A stretch of 64,000 nt of DNA from contig NC_073385.1 of assembly GCF_028641065.1 (NCBI RefSeq), positions 33,294,001 through 33,358,000 of the forward strand. Direction: 5' to 3'. A program made the position numbers and the translations under genes. The notes beneath the pieces were generated by a model. That model made no database searches, had not been told where the DNA came from, and worked only from the letters and a program-made list of their open reading frames with translations. Of the stretch, positions 1 to 11,879 are shown one piece after another. Within the stretch, counting starts at the first letter, position 1. Each line of letters begins with the position of its first letter. This DNA comes from Leucoraja erinacea. Taxonomy: Eukaryota.

Positions 1-233
1 TTTCACACAGAGAGTGGTGAATCTCTGGAATTCTCTGCCACAGAAGGTAGTTGAGGCCAGTTCATTGGCTATATTTAAGAGGGCGTTAGATGTGGCCCTT
101 GTGGCTAGAGGGATCAGGGGGTATGGAGAGAAGGCAGGTACGGGATACTGAGTTGGATGATCAGCCATGATCATATTGAATGGCGGTGCAGGCTCGAAGG
201 GCTGAATAGCCTACTCCAGCACCTATTTTCTAT
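1..233 (+). mobile_element. CR1 LINE 3' end
   Basis: Encodes FTQRVVNLWNSLPQKVVEA, followed by the CR1 3'UTR (gatcagccatgatc...ggctcgaaggg...cctactcc) and a tttctatg tail; close to the reverse complement of 33912-34155. Confidence 0.92.
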
Positions 234-624
234 GCATATTCCATGCAATTCTGCCTGCAGGAAATAAGGCGTAAATGGCACACTCCATCATTAATCATCC
301 GGGAAATGAACAATATTTCCATGATAACAGTACCAGGATCCAAGAGGAATTTATTGACCATCAAAAAGTAGTGGAAAGAAAGGTATCATGCACACTGTGA
401 ATATTTTCAGGTCAAGGTGAATAATGTGTTGAGGACCTTGTCTTGGGAAGGAGATTTGTTGGCACAGGAATTAAACTATTGTTGAGACAATTGTACACTT
501 GGTCTAGGTGGTCTGAAATGGAATGAAATTAATTTTTAGGTCTTATTATAATTACTAATGTAGTTAACTGCATCTTACACACCACTGTAAACAATTCACT
601 GACCAAATTATTAGAGGTGCCAGT

Positions 625-748
625 AATAAGGAGAGGTTGAACACCAGAGATTGTTTTCTATGGAGTGTTGGAGGCTGAGAGGTGATCTGATAGAAGTGTT
701 TATAATTATGAGAGGCCTCTCTGTTTCTATGTTTCTATGTTTCTATAC
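625..748 (+). mobile_element. Degraded CR1 fragment with (TTTCTATG)n tail
   Basis: ggaggctgagaggtgatctgatagaagtg (RLRGDLIEV) followed by gtttctatgtttctatgtttctat. Confidence 0.7.
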
Positions 749-1282
749 AGCATACACAATATAGTTCTCAGCATTGTTGTACATCAGTTGCTTGGAGAAA
801 GACCAATGTCGACAATAGGGAAGAGGTGAATCGAACAGCATCTTAGTTTATGAAAGAACAATTGATAATAGAGGGGAAGACGCTGTTCCTGAATCTGGTG
901 GCGTGCGCTTTCAAGCTTCTGTGTCTCTGACCGACAGGAATGACCAGGATCATATGGGAACACAGGAAATGCGTCACGTGCAGGCAGAGAAGATTAGTTT
1001 AACTTGGAATCATGTTTGGCACCGACATTCTATGCTGTACTGTTCTATGATAAACACTTAAAATATTATCCGACTTAAGCTAGATTGGACATATTTCAGA
1101 CACCTTTGAATGTGACAGGTAAGGATGCAATATTAGTTGATTTTACTTGCATTGTACACCTTTTAAAACCTTTATCTGAATTTAAACCAGAGGCTTGATA
1201 CTCTCTGAATTGCAATTGAAACGCTGTCGACATGTGTACATATACTCACCCCACCATTTGTTGAGTGAAGCAGCTTTGATAA

Positions 1283-2125
1283 TTCAAGATTCAAGAGATT
1301 CGAGAGACATTTATTGTCACATGCACCAATTGTTACAGTGAAATTTGTGGACACCATAAAGCCATACGAATAAAAAATGAACACAGCACACGATAGACTT
1401 TAACATAAGCATACCCACATAGCGGAATCAAAGTTTCCCACTGTGAGGGTAGGCACCAAAGTTCAGTCATTGTTTGTTGTTCATCCGTGGTCGGGGCTTC
1501 CCAAGCCCCACCGCATGAGCGGCCCAAAGTTCAGGCCCTCTCGCCGGGATGATGGAACTCCGATGTCGGAACAGAAGAACATTCTCAGCAGCTTGGACTT
1601 CCGAATCTGCCACTTCTTACCAGAGACCGCGGCTCCCGAAGTCCACAGGTTGAGCTGGGTGGAGATTCACACTGGCGGCCCTCAGCAAAGGGATCCCAGT
1701 ACTCCACGATGTTTAAGTCAGCGCCGCCTGCGGCTGAGCTCCACAAACCACAGCTCCGTGATGTTGAAGCAGCAGGCCCAACACTCCGGAGTTTCAAGCG
1801 GCGATCCCCGGTCAGGCATCGCCCACTCCGTATGAATCCAGTGCTGCGCCGCTGCTGAAGCTCGGGTCTGGTCTCCAGCAGGAAAGGCCACACCAATCCA
1901 GTTGGTAGGCTGCGAGGGAGGGGCAAGGACGCGACTCGGAGAATAGTCGCATACTCGCCAGGAAGTGACTGAGAAACTGTTTCCCCCTTACTCTATCCAC
2001 CTCCCCCACATAAAAATACTAAACAAAACTCCAAAACATACTTTTTAAACAGACTAAAAATTAAAAAAAAGATGGAAAAACAGACAGACTGTAGGCAGAG
2101 GCTGCCATCATGCGGCGCCCCTAGT
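1283..2125 (-). mobile_element. GC-rich non-autonomous retroelement (family A) with Rex1/Babar-type tail
   Basis: Body similar to 17590-18215, 21836-22700 and 40512-40815. On the minus strand it ends ttcactgtaacaattggtgcatgtgacaataaa...(tcttgaa)n. Confidence 0.75.
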
Positions 2126-2976
2126 GTCACAAAGGAGATCATTACTCCAAAAGTCAAGAACACGAATAACTCTTTACTGAAAAAGGGTTGGAAAGCTAAT
2201 GACCTTAGCAGTGTGCCTGGTCGTAATCAAAAAATCTATTGGAGAGCAACAAAGGCTCCAAAGTTTAAGTAACCTGATTGTTAATTTTCCATCTGCAGAG
2301 TAACCAGTCAATCAACCTCAGAAAGGCAATCCAGTTTCACTGATGAAATCTGAGATAGTTTCAGCTGATCAGATACAGGGAAACGAGGAAAGGGACAGCT
2401 AAAGGTAGATAAATATCAAATGAATGAAAATGAAAATGAAACATGAATTTACTCGAGTAAACATGCACAAAGCTTTTAATTTGTTTTAAGATATGAAAGA
2501 ACACACATTCCACTGGAGAAGACAGCTTCACCGCCCCACAATACAATCACAATGGAAGGAATGCTGAGCTTGTTCAAAGGTTGTTGAAGGACAACATTTT
2601 AGCACCAGCCTTCTCCTTGGTCACTCGTTCTGGTCGATAGTAAGCGAACCACAGTAAGCGAACCACTACCATTTTTGTCGTTGCTTCCTGACCACTGACA
2701 ACCCTCTCTTTCCCGCACCTTAAACCTTCTGCCAACTACTTGGTTTAATTTCACCTGCACACTTCCATGGGCACTAAAATTCAAAGTTATCCAGCTTGCC
2801 AAATCTATATTACTAAATCTCTGATCTTGACCGCTTTTGGCCTACTGCGATTTCCGACAGAACGCCGCCACTTACGGCCGTCATTTTTGGCCACCTCGCC
2901 CAGAGCCCCCCTCTGCCTTACGGGTGCGGAGGGTTTTTCCCATCGATGACAAATCAGAGATATGTTTATGTTTTTT

Positions 2977-3795
2977 AAAAAATTCACCATTCTCTCTGCT
3001 GCCCCTGCTGGAGGGAGGGGGAGGGACTATAAAACCAGGAAGTGGTGTGCCTCACTCATTCTCTGCAATATGGATGAAGTCAAGGGTTACGTCTCTCTGA
3101 GCTCTGAATAACACTGAACAAATGTCTACACAACTGTGAGTACCCTTAATGTGGTTTGTAAATGAAAATATGGTTTGTTTGAAGTAATAAGGCACTGCCT
3201 GCAAATGGTTGTTTGGATGCTTTGGCTTGAAGTTGAAAGGCAATACTTACTGCAAATGGTGGCATGAAGTTGAAAGGCACTACTTACTACAAATGGTGGC
3301 TTGGGTGCTTTGGCTTGAAGTTGAAATGCAGTATTTACTGCAAATGGTGGCTTGGGAGCTTTGGTTTAAAGTTCAAAATACACTACTTACTGCAAATGGT
3401 GGATTGGGAGCATTGGCTTGAAGTTTTAAAAAAAATCACCGTTCTCTCTGCTGCACCTGCTGGAGGGAGGGGGAGGGACTATAAAACCAGGAAGTGGTGT
3501 GCCTCACTCACTCTCTGCAATATGGATGAAGCCAAGGGTCACATCTCTCTGAACTCTGAATAACACTGAACAAATGTCTACACAACTGTGAGTATCCTTA
3601 ATGTGGTTTGAAAATGAAAATATGGTTTGTTTGAAGTAATAAGGCACTGCCTGCAAATGGTTGTTTGGATGCTTTGGCTTGAAGTTGAAAGGCAATACTT
3701 ACTGCAAATGGTGGCATTAAGTTGAAAGGCACTACTTACTGCAAATGGTGTCTTGGGTGCTTTGACTTGAAGTTGAAAGGCACTACTGCAAATGT
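2977..3795 (+). repeat. Tandem duplication (452-bp offset) containing a ~51-bp minisatellite, inside the Helitron
   Basis: The segment starting at 2977 recurs at about 3430. Repeat unit approximates ggcactacttactgcaaatggtggcttgggtgctttggcttgaagttgaaa. Confidence 0.9.
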
Positions 3796-4164
3796 ACTTA
3801 CTTCCTGTTTGCACTGTATATTGATTTTAGATAAAACATTACACTTACGGCTGTGATTTTTGGCCATCTTACTCGGTCCCCCCTCCGCTGAGCAGGTGCA
3901 GAGAATTCTGCCCATCAATGAAAAATAAGTGTTATTAGTGTTTAAAAAATGTTGAGAATCTCTCTCCTGTCAATCACGCCCTGAAAGCCACATCTTTTCC
4001 GGTGGGAGGGGGAGGGGTTATAAAACCCGGAAGTGTGGGTGTGGCTCAGTCTCTGCATGATGGGGGAGTGAGAGGTCATGACACTGAGCTGTGAATCAAC
4101 GGAACACAATGAATGTCTACTGAACTGTGAGTTTGGTGTTTTGTGTGGTTTTATGGTGGTTTCA

Positions 4165-4565
4165 CCCTGCATGAAATGGTATGAAGCTGCATTTGAATTT
4201 GGTGGCCTTGGACCATGCTTGAAGTGGAATAAAACTGCACTGAATTTGGTGGCCTTGCACCCTGCTGAAAGTGGTATGAAACTGCACTTGAATTTGGTGG
4301 CCTTGCATCCCTGCTTGAAGTGGTTGGAAACTGCACTTGAATTCGGTGGCCTTGCACCCTGCTTGAAGTGGTTGGAAACTGCACTTGAATTCGGTGGCCT
4401 TGCACCCTGCTCATAGTGGTAAGAAACTGCACTTGAATTTGGTGGTCTTGAACCCTGCTTGAAATGGTAGGAACATGGATTTGAATTTGGTGGACTTGCA
4501 TCCTGCTTGAAATGGTAGGACCATGGATTTGAATTTGGTGGACTTGCACCCTGCTTGAAATGGAA
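4165..4565 (+). repeat. 48-bp minisatellite (~8 copies) inside the Helitron
   Basis: Unit gaaactgcacttgaattcggtggccttgcaccctgcttgaagtggttg, e.g. starting at 4327 and 4375; explains the 16-aa periodic ORFs. Confidence 0.92.
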
Positions 4566-5114
4566 TTTCAAGGAATAGTCATGAGTCAACTGCCAGCCCA
4601 CCAGCCGTGAGTGAGCTGCCAGCAGATCAGGCTTGAGGGACTGAGCTGCCACCCCAAGAACTCATACCAGCACTCCAGAAAGGCCCCCCCCCCACTGGCC
4701 ACCAATATTGGAATTGGTGGAGAGGTGGAATATTGCGTCGGGGGACCAACCCTCCCATGTGAACATGGGACCCAACGGGTCCCACTTAGTCTAGTACTTC
4801 ATAAAATTCATTGTTTTCAATCTCTATCCTCATGAACACCTGCCGAACCCTCTCCTTGCCCAAAGTGCACAATGTACTGAATTTTAAATCCACATAGGGT
4901 ACCTGTGTCAACTGGGTATGTATTAATTTTGCACTAGTATTGTGGCTATTGTTTTTCTTTATTTTATAGGATCTATGACGATTAAATACTCTTGATTCTG
5001 GTAACTTTTCTCATTTCACTGCATGTTGTAGTTTAATTTGGAGATGCAGCATGGAAACGGGACATTTGTCCCACATAGTCCATGCTGACCTTCATGAAAC
5101 CTGAAAACAAAATA

Positions 5115-5560
5115 GTGTGAACATTGGATTCTCTAATTTTAGGCAACTCCAATTTCAGGTAACTCCCCCACTCCCCTCATCTACCCCCTTTTTTTCTCTC
5201 CTTTCTTCCCCATGCCGCACCAGGACTCACACTCATTTCTCCCCACCCCTTCCCCTTCCACCTACATTGCTTTCCTTGGCTTTACAATTCTCAACTCCTC
5301 TATATTTATCTCACACCTTTAGTCTTTTCATCTCTGTCCTTTGCCCAACCATGTGCCTATCCAACCCCCACCCCTCATTTGTATATCTATCACTTGCTAA
5401 GCTTTTTCCTTCCCCTCCTCCGTTTCAGCTTCCTTCACACTCCATTCTCCCCTTCCCACCACAATAAGTCTGAAGAAGGTAACTCGTGCAAAACATCACC
5501 TATCAATGTTCTCCAGAGAAGCTGTCTGACCTGCTGAATTGCTCCAGCACTTTGTATCTC
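5115..5560 (+). mobile_element. Penelope-like element 3' end/pLTR with degenerate hammerhead core
   Basis: NIGFSNF matches the ORF end seen at about 36300; then a pyrimidine-rich tract and tctgaagaagg...aaacatcacc...ccagcactttg. Confidence 0.7.
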
Positions 5561-6849
5561 TCCTAATAGGTAATACTGTCTAATCTAGTTCATGTTTCTC
5601 TTGCAATCCTGCACTTAACATTTTGCAAGATGATGCAAGCCTGCTTTGTACAGTCGTTGACAAGGCACACATTTCATATTGATAACATTAAAAAATCTCC
5701 AAACATCCAAAAATACTTGGACTGGCACATGGATAGGAAATGTTGAGAGTAGTATGGGGCAAATGCAAGCAAATGTGACTCGCTTAGAAGGGCGGCATGT
5801 TGGGCGGCATAGACATGTAGGGGCCGTTTCAGTGTTGTATGACTCTAGGACTCTATGATCTTCCTTTGTTCAAACACTGACATTTAAGTTAACAATCCGT
5901 AGCTTTTACCCACAATATATCACACAGGGTGATATTGATTCATTATATATAAGAGCATTCTCTTTGGAAGACTTCACAGAATAAATTCGTAAAAGATACA
6001 TCATTAAACACCTTTGAATCGGTCCTTTGTAACCTTTAAGAATGAGCAGAACTGCTGCTGCTGAATAACCTACACGTTGCTGTGGTTTGCTGTCAGTGTA
6101 TCATCCATCTATTGTGGAGCAGCAAAATTATGAGATGGTACAAATTAGCTGATCTCTCTGAACAGCAGGAGGCAAGCTTTCAGCACAGTTGGTAAGCAGA
6201 ATGCACAAAGAGCCTTCATCACTGTAATGGAAGTGCAAAATAGCGTGCACCCCCACAATCTAAAATAAATGCTTTTCAAAATTGTCACGGAGTTCAAAAG
6301 GATTTTATGGCAATCTCATGCAACAAGCAAAAACTATCCCCACATCATGAAAATATATCTTACATCTAGTCTGCTCACCGCTTTTATGGAATATACGGAA
6401 CTAAATCTATCTATGTGTTTACATTTTCCTTAGAAGTTTGCAGATTGCATTAACCTATTACCAATGAAAGAGAAAGCTTGACTAATAATCCTTCATGATT
6501 GCAGATGTGATAATTAGTTTAAAATGCAAATAAGAACTGGGAAAATTAATGCAAGTATCATGAAATGAGTTAAAATGCAATTAGATATAGGGGATCTGAT
6601 TTAAATGAATACATTTGCATAAGACAGTGTAAGCACTACTGCAGAGATTCCTGGCTTTGGGGCTGTTTGGAACAGCTGGCATTTCTTTGAGTCGGATATT
6701 GATCCAGTGACGAGCTGTATCCAGAGAACGAGAGACCAGACCAGTCTGCTGTAGGAGATTAAAAGCTGACACAACAGTGGACATATATTATTTGGCATGT
6801 AAGATGGAATGAGAGGAGGGAAGATTTTTAAACTGGAAGGAAAACAGAG

Positions 6850-7285
6850 AAGATTTACGAGGATGTTGACGAGTTGAGGACCAGAGCGGTAGGGAGAGGT
6901 TGGGCAGGCTAGGACTTAATTCCTTGGAACGCTAGAGGCTGAGGGATGATCTTATCAAGATGTGTACAAACAAGAGAAGAATGGATAGAGTAAATGTACA
7001 GAGTCTTTTACCAAGGGTGCGGGAATCAAGAACTAGAGGTAATTGGTTTAAGGTTTAATGATTTAATAAGAACCTGAGGGGCAACATTTTCACTTGGAGG
7101 GTGGTGGGTATATGGAACAAGCTGTCAGAGGAGGGAGTTGCAGCAGGTACTATATCAGCATTTAAAAGACACTCAGATAGGTACATGGATAGTACAGTTT
7201 TAGAGAGACATGGGCCAAAAGCAGGCAAATGGGACTATTGTAGATGAGCCATTTTAGTTGGCATGGATGAGTTTATTGAAGGGCA
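6850..7285 (+). mobile_element. CR1 3' fragment
   Basis: agaagatttacgaggatgttg (RRFTRML), gagggtggtgggtatatggaac, and a 3'UTR remnant. Confidence 0.8.
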
Positions 7286-7584
7286 TCCAGGATTGTAGAT
7301 TAACTGGCCTCTGTAAATTGCCCCTCAAATGTAGGGAATGAATGGAAAAGTGGGATAACACAGAACTAGTGTGAACGGATGATCGATGGGATGGTGGGCC
7401 AAAGGGCCTGTTTCAATGCTGTTTCAATGCTGTATCTCAAAAAAACTAACCTGAATCACTGCTAAACCTCATTTCTTCGAGGATAGCAAAATCTGTATGT
7501 TTACCTTTCTTTATGGATGTTACGTCTTGGGTCTGATTTTACTTTTGCAAATCTTTCTTGTTCCTTTTCCATTAACTCTATTGT

Positions 7585-7890
7585 AGGTGCAGCACACAGT
7601 GACACAGCTTGTAGAACCACTACCTCACAGTGCCAGAAACCTGGGTTTGATCCTGACCTCAGGTGCTGTCTGCATAGAGTTTGCATGTTCTCCCTGTGAC
7701 CAAGTGGGTTTCCTCTGGGTGCTCTGGTTTATAGGTTAATTTTACCCTTTAAATAATCCCTTGTGTGTATGAGATGGAGGAATTGAGGAATATGGACAGA
7801 ATAATGTTGGTTTATATGAGTGTATTATTAATGAAAATGTGTGGTTGATGGTGAGCCAAAAGACCTGTTTCCATACTGGATCTCTCTAAA
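7585..7890 (+). mobile_element. tRNA-derived SINE (HE1/V-SINE type)
   Basis: tRNA-like head with B-box-like gggtttgatcc, core gagtttgcatgttctccctgtgacc...gggtttcctctgggtgctctggttt, and a CR1-like tail. Partial copies at 7290-7440, 8540-8650 and 50075-50225. Confidence 0.8.
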
Positions 7891-9599
7891 AAAAATGTCC
7901 ACGGTATTCTTAGATATCTAATGAAGACTCACTCTAATGTTACATAAACCTTTCACAACTCCAGTCTGGAGGTTATTAGTATTTTGATGCTCCATTATAT
8001 GAGATTAATAGTGAATACTTTTACTTTTTTATTTTTGGAAGCAGATGTCTCTGCACACCCTTCCTGGATGCCAACAAAGTAATTGGCTGAGGGTGTGGAG
8101 ATTAGTATTTGTGTGTTCACTCCTGGCCTGCATCCACAATATAAATCCTGTTATTGTGTTTGACAGCTACCTGCAACAAATTGGTAGTGCACTATAATTG
8201 CAATCTTTGTCTGCAGCAGCAGCTGCTGTACAGTCAGTGCGTGCCTGCCACACAAAACAATGGAAGGGAAAATCTTCTGCTCAGCCAGACCTAACACAAG
8301 TTGGATACATATTATAGATGTGTCCACCCACAAATTCTGATTTTCAATCAATGATAACAATCCAATCTAATCAATCTAATGCATGAAGCAGAAACCATGG
8401 TTACAATACTCTGTGCAATCAAACATTGGAACTGAAGTGGATAATTTAATCCTTGGGCCTAATACTTTCCATTTCATCACATAATAATTTTGCTGAGGAA
8501 ATATCTATCAATTTTAGATTAAAAATTATTGATTGAACTAACTGCCTGTGTGGAGTTTGCATGTTCTTCTTGTGACCATGTGAGTTTCCACTGGGTGCTC
8601 TGGTTTCCTCCCACATCCCAAAGATGTGCCAGTTTGCAGGTTAATTGAACTGCTATGGAACTGGCTTCCTAAATTTTAACAACCTTCTCTGTGCAGAAGC
8701 TTTTGGTTGCTCAACCTCTGATAGGGCTAATTCTAAAATGAATACAACTAGCTGCTCAAGATCCAGTTTGCGACTGCTCATTCACTCAAAGCCTTTAAAA
8801 ACCTTGTGAATATTATCCTTTGACGTCATCTCTCTTTGCAATTTAACCAGCACCATTCAGGCACTATCTTAACTGTAAACAACAACTGCACAATGCTTCA
8901 GTAAAGGGACTGTAGCTAAAATAGAAACTCATTGGGGTTATAGTATGTTTAGCCGTTTTATTAAATCTAAATGACAGACCTAATAGGAACCCTTGATACT
9001 TTGAATTTTCTTTAATAAATTATTTAGGTTCTTTTAGTGAGGCTCAGGAAACAATATGCACTTACTGAAAGTATATGTGGACTCAGTAATCTAATACCAT
9101 TACATAGTAACTCCAGGAATGCACTGATGTATGCTGACAGCTTTGTATAACAAGGCCAAACTTTTGACATCCAAAGAGATTCCATGCAAGATCTAATTCT
9201 ACTGACAGTCTGCTAACTTTATTTTTTTTTAGAAATTCCACACTGTTCTAGAAATAGTACTTTGTGCCGAAGGTACTAAAACTTAATGAAATGTTTGAAA
9301 TATTTACATATTCTGTTACGATTCATTCCAATTGAGCTCATTAAAGTGGAGGAGAGGAAGCATGCTAAATGTATAATATTTATTCTGTTGTATTTTTTCT
9401 AATAGACTTAAATGGTTCATCTTTCTGTATTTGGAAAGTCAGGAACCCATGAAATTGCTCTGCATTTGTAGAAAGAATGTCCAACACAAAACATTTGTCC
9501 TTCCAATATCTTGGATGTCCAGAGTCCCGTGACCCAGTAAAAAATTCTACTTGTTAGATATGCACTTAGATTAATTTGGTGACATTCTGGAATATTAAG

Positions 9600-9712
9600 C
9601 AATACACAAAGTGCTGGAGGAGCTGAAGAAAAGTCCCGACCAGAAACATCATCCATCTATTCCCTCCACAGGTGCTGCCTGACCCAGTGAGGTCCTACAG
9701 CACTTTGTGTTC
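9600..9712. mobile_element. Palindromic Penelope-derived short element
   Basis: Inverted ends acacaaagtgctg...cagcactttgtgt; internal ctgaagaaaagtcccgaccagaaacatc. Confidence 0.75.
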
Positions 9713-9795
9713 AGATTCATTTGATGTTTGCCATTATAGTATAAAAGTGTAAAGAGTGTTTAATATGTACTAACAGCAGAACAATGAAATCCTTA

Positions 9796-10809
9796 TAGGC
9801 TTGTCCCACTTAGGCGATTTTTCAACGCTCTCGGATGTGGTTCAGAATCTTCACCACATCTGAAGTTGCCGGCAGTCGCCTGAAAAACCGGGAACTGGAA
9901 CGGCGACTGTCAGAGTGGAACATACAAACACATCGCAAAGGCGGGGGCCAGGGCAAGTGGGGGGAGTACTGTCTGAAATTCACACGGTGCAATGCCAAAG
10001 TGATATAGACACACACCACAATGAACAGGAAGGTTGGCGCTGTAATTAAGACAGCTAGCACAGTGTACGGTAAGTCCTTTAAAAGAGAGGGGAGAGAAGG
10101 GGGAGAAGGAGCGGAGAGAACTTTTAAGATACCAGACAACTTTTAATAAGCCAGAGATTCTTGGTTTCTTGGATTCCTGATCCTCCAAAATATTCCAAAT
10201 GGAATTTAAACTGGAGGTGGTGGAGGGAGGACTTAAGCCAGAAAGGGTTCTTGGGAGAAAAGAGCTACCTTAAATTTAATTGCATCTGATTGGGTAACTA
10301 TGGTAGGGTGAAGACTATTCCATGCATTAATTGTGCAGGGGAAGAATGAATTGCTCTACGCATCTGTCTTGGTAGCTGATATCTCAAAATGGATTGAATG
10401 GCCTCATTCCAATTTGCTGTGAAGTTCGGCGGACATTTAACATTACCAGTCATTTATCCTTGGTTCTGAAAATTCCTGCTTGCGTTTTTTCACCCAATGA
10501 GCCAATGAAATTCACCGGTCAGCAAAGGCGATTAACTAAAACTACCTACGACTACCTCAACTACCTACAAACTACATGGCAACCCCACTAAACTGCACCT
10601 ACGACTACAAGATTATCGATTATCTACATGGTGACCAATTTTTGGTTGCAGAAAATTCTTCAACATGTTGAAAAATTTACAGAATGCAGGAAATGCTCGC
10701 GACCATTAGGGAGACTCACCAGAGACCACCAGCGAACATGTGGTGACTATGTGGCGAGCGCAAAGTCTCCTGCACTCGGCAAAAAAGTCACCTAAGTGGG
10801 ACAGGCCCA
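9796..10809. mobile_element. PIF/Harbinger-type non-autonomous DNA transposon (MITE)
   Basis: TIRs taggcttgtcccacttaggcgattttt and aaaaagtcacctaagtgggacaggccca; TTA at 9793-9795 and 10810-10812; interrupts a Rex-type tail. Confidence 0.85.
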
Positions 10810-11269
10810 TTACTTCAGCAGTATAACAGACCTGTAAATGCAATACACACGGATAATATGTAATAAACAAAAACCTCAATAAATTAATCAACCCAATACT
10901 AGAACAAACAAGCCAAAGTCCTAATGCAACCAACGACAGTCCATAATTAAAAGTTAAGGTTAGTGTTGTGTAGTGTTTAAATGGTTGTTGGAAAGAACCT
11001 GGTTGGTTGAAAGAACCTGGGCAAACGAGAGTTTACTGGACAGGACCTACAGTGAGGTTGTCACGCCAAGGGTACAGGAAGAACAAAGGTGTGTGACTGA
11101 CAGAAAGGGGAGTCACCGTGGAGTGCAGGAGACCCATGCGGCTGTGCAAATGAAAACAGTTACGCCCTCTTGGGACCTGTCGGGGGAGATGACGCTTCCA
11201 GTCAGAGCAGCGGACAGGTCAGTGGCTCGAATCCTAGAGATTTGACTCGACCGGCGAGACCAACGTCGG

Positions 11270-11720
11270 GCAGAGCCATAGTGGTCGGTGACTCCATTAT
11301 ATGAGGTGCCGACTGGAGGTTCTGTGGCGGCAGGCGAGACTCAAGGATTGTCTGTTGCCTCCCTGGTGCCAGGGTTCAAGATATCATGAACAAAATTCAG
11401 AACATCCTCGAGAGGGAAGGTGAACAGCCGGAAGTAGTTGTGCACGTGGGCACAAACGACATCGGGAAGAAGAGGAAGGAGGTCCTGCAACGCGAGTTTA
11501 GAGAGTTAGGAAGAAGCCTGAAAAGCAGAACTTCTAGGGTGGTTATCTCTGGATTGCTTCCAGTTCTTCGTGCTAGTGAGGACAGGAACATGGAGATAGG
11601 GGATCTGAATATGCGGCTGAGGGGCTGGAGGAGGGAGCAAGAATTTAGATTTATAGACGACTGGGATCTCTTCTAGCGTACCTGTGACCTGTACAACAAG
11701 GACCGACATTCTGGCAGGCA
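11270..11720 (+). pseudogene. CR1 ORF1, SGNH/GDSL esterase-like domain
   Basis: AIVVGDSII, CCLPGARV, VVVHVGTNDIG, VVISGLLPV. Confidence 0.88.
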
Positions 11721-11879
11721 GGTTACACGTATGGGTTTAAATTAAATAGTGGGGGGGAGGAATTGACAAATTGGGAGTTAAAGGGGAAGTGAGTACAGGA
11801 AAAGTTACAAAAGACACCCAAATTAATGGGATAAGAGAATAAGGTCAGGGCGAATTGTGAGTGGTGTGAGAGGGGAAGT

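Larger units (their letters stand above)
2804..4794 (+). mobile_element. Non-autonomous Helitron
   Basis: Starts A|TCTATATTACTAAA and ends CTAG|T, with no TSD. Subterminal hairpin TGGGACCC-AAC-GGGTCCCA at 4766-4784. Internal minisatellites; no Rep/helicase ORF. Confidence 0.88.

Noticed and set aside
3205-4565. CRISPR-like regular repeats
   Set aside because: Units are contiguous with no unique spacers, there are no cas genes, and the context is eukaryotic.
3942-4652. 236-aa repetitive ORF and overlapping ORFs
   Set aside because: Produced by the 48-bp (16-codon) minisatellite inside the Helitron; open in several frames and on both strands.
6097-6191. Possible host exon (cag|...|gtaagc)
   Set aside because: Splice-like ends and one open frame, but no recognisable peptide and no partner exons; unsupported without RNA data.
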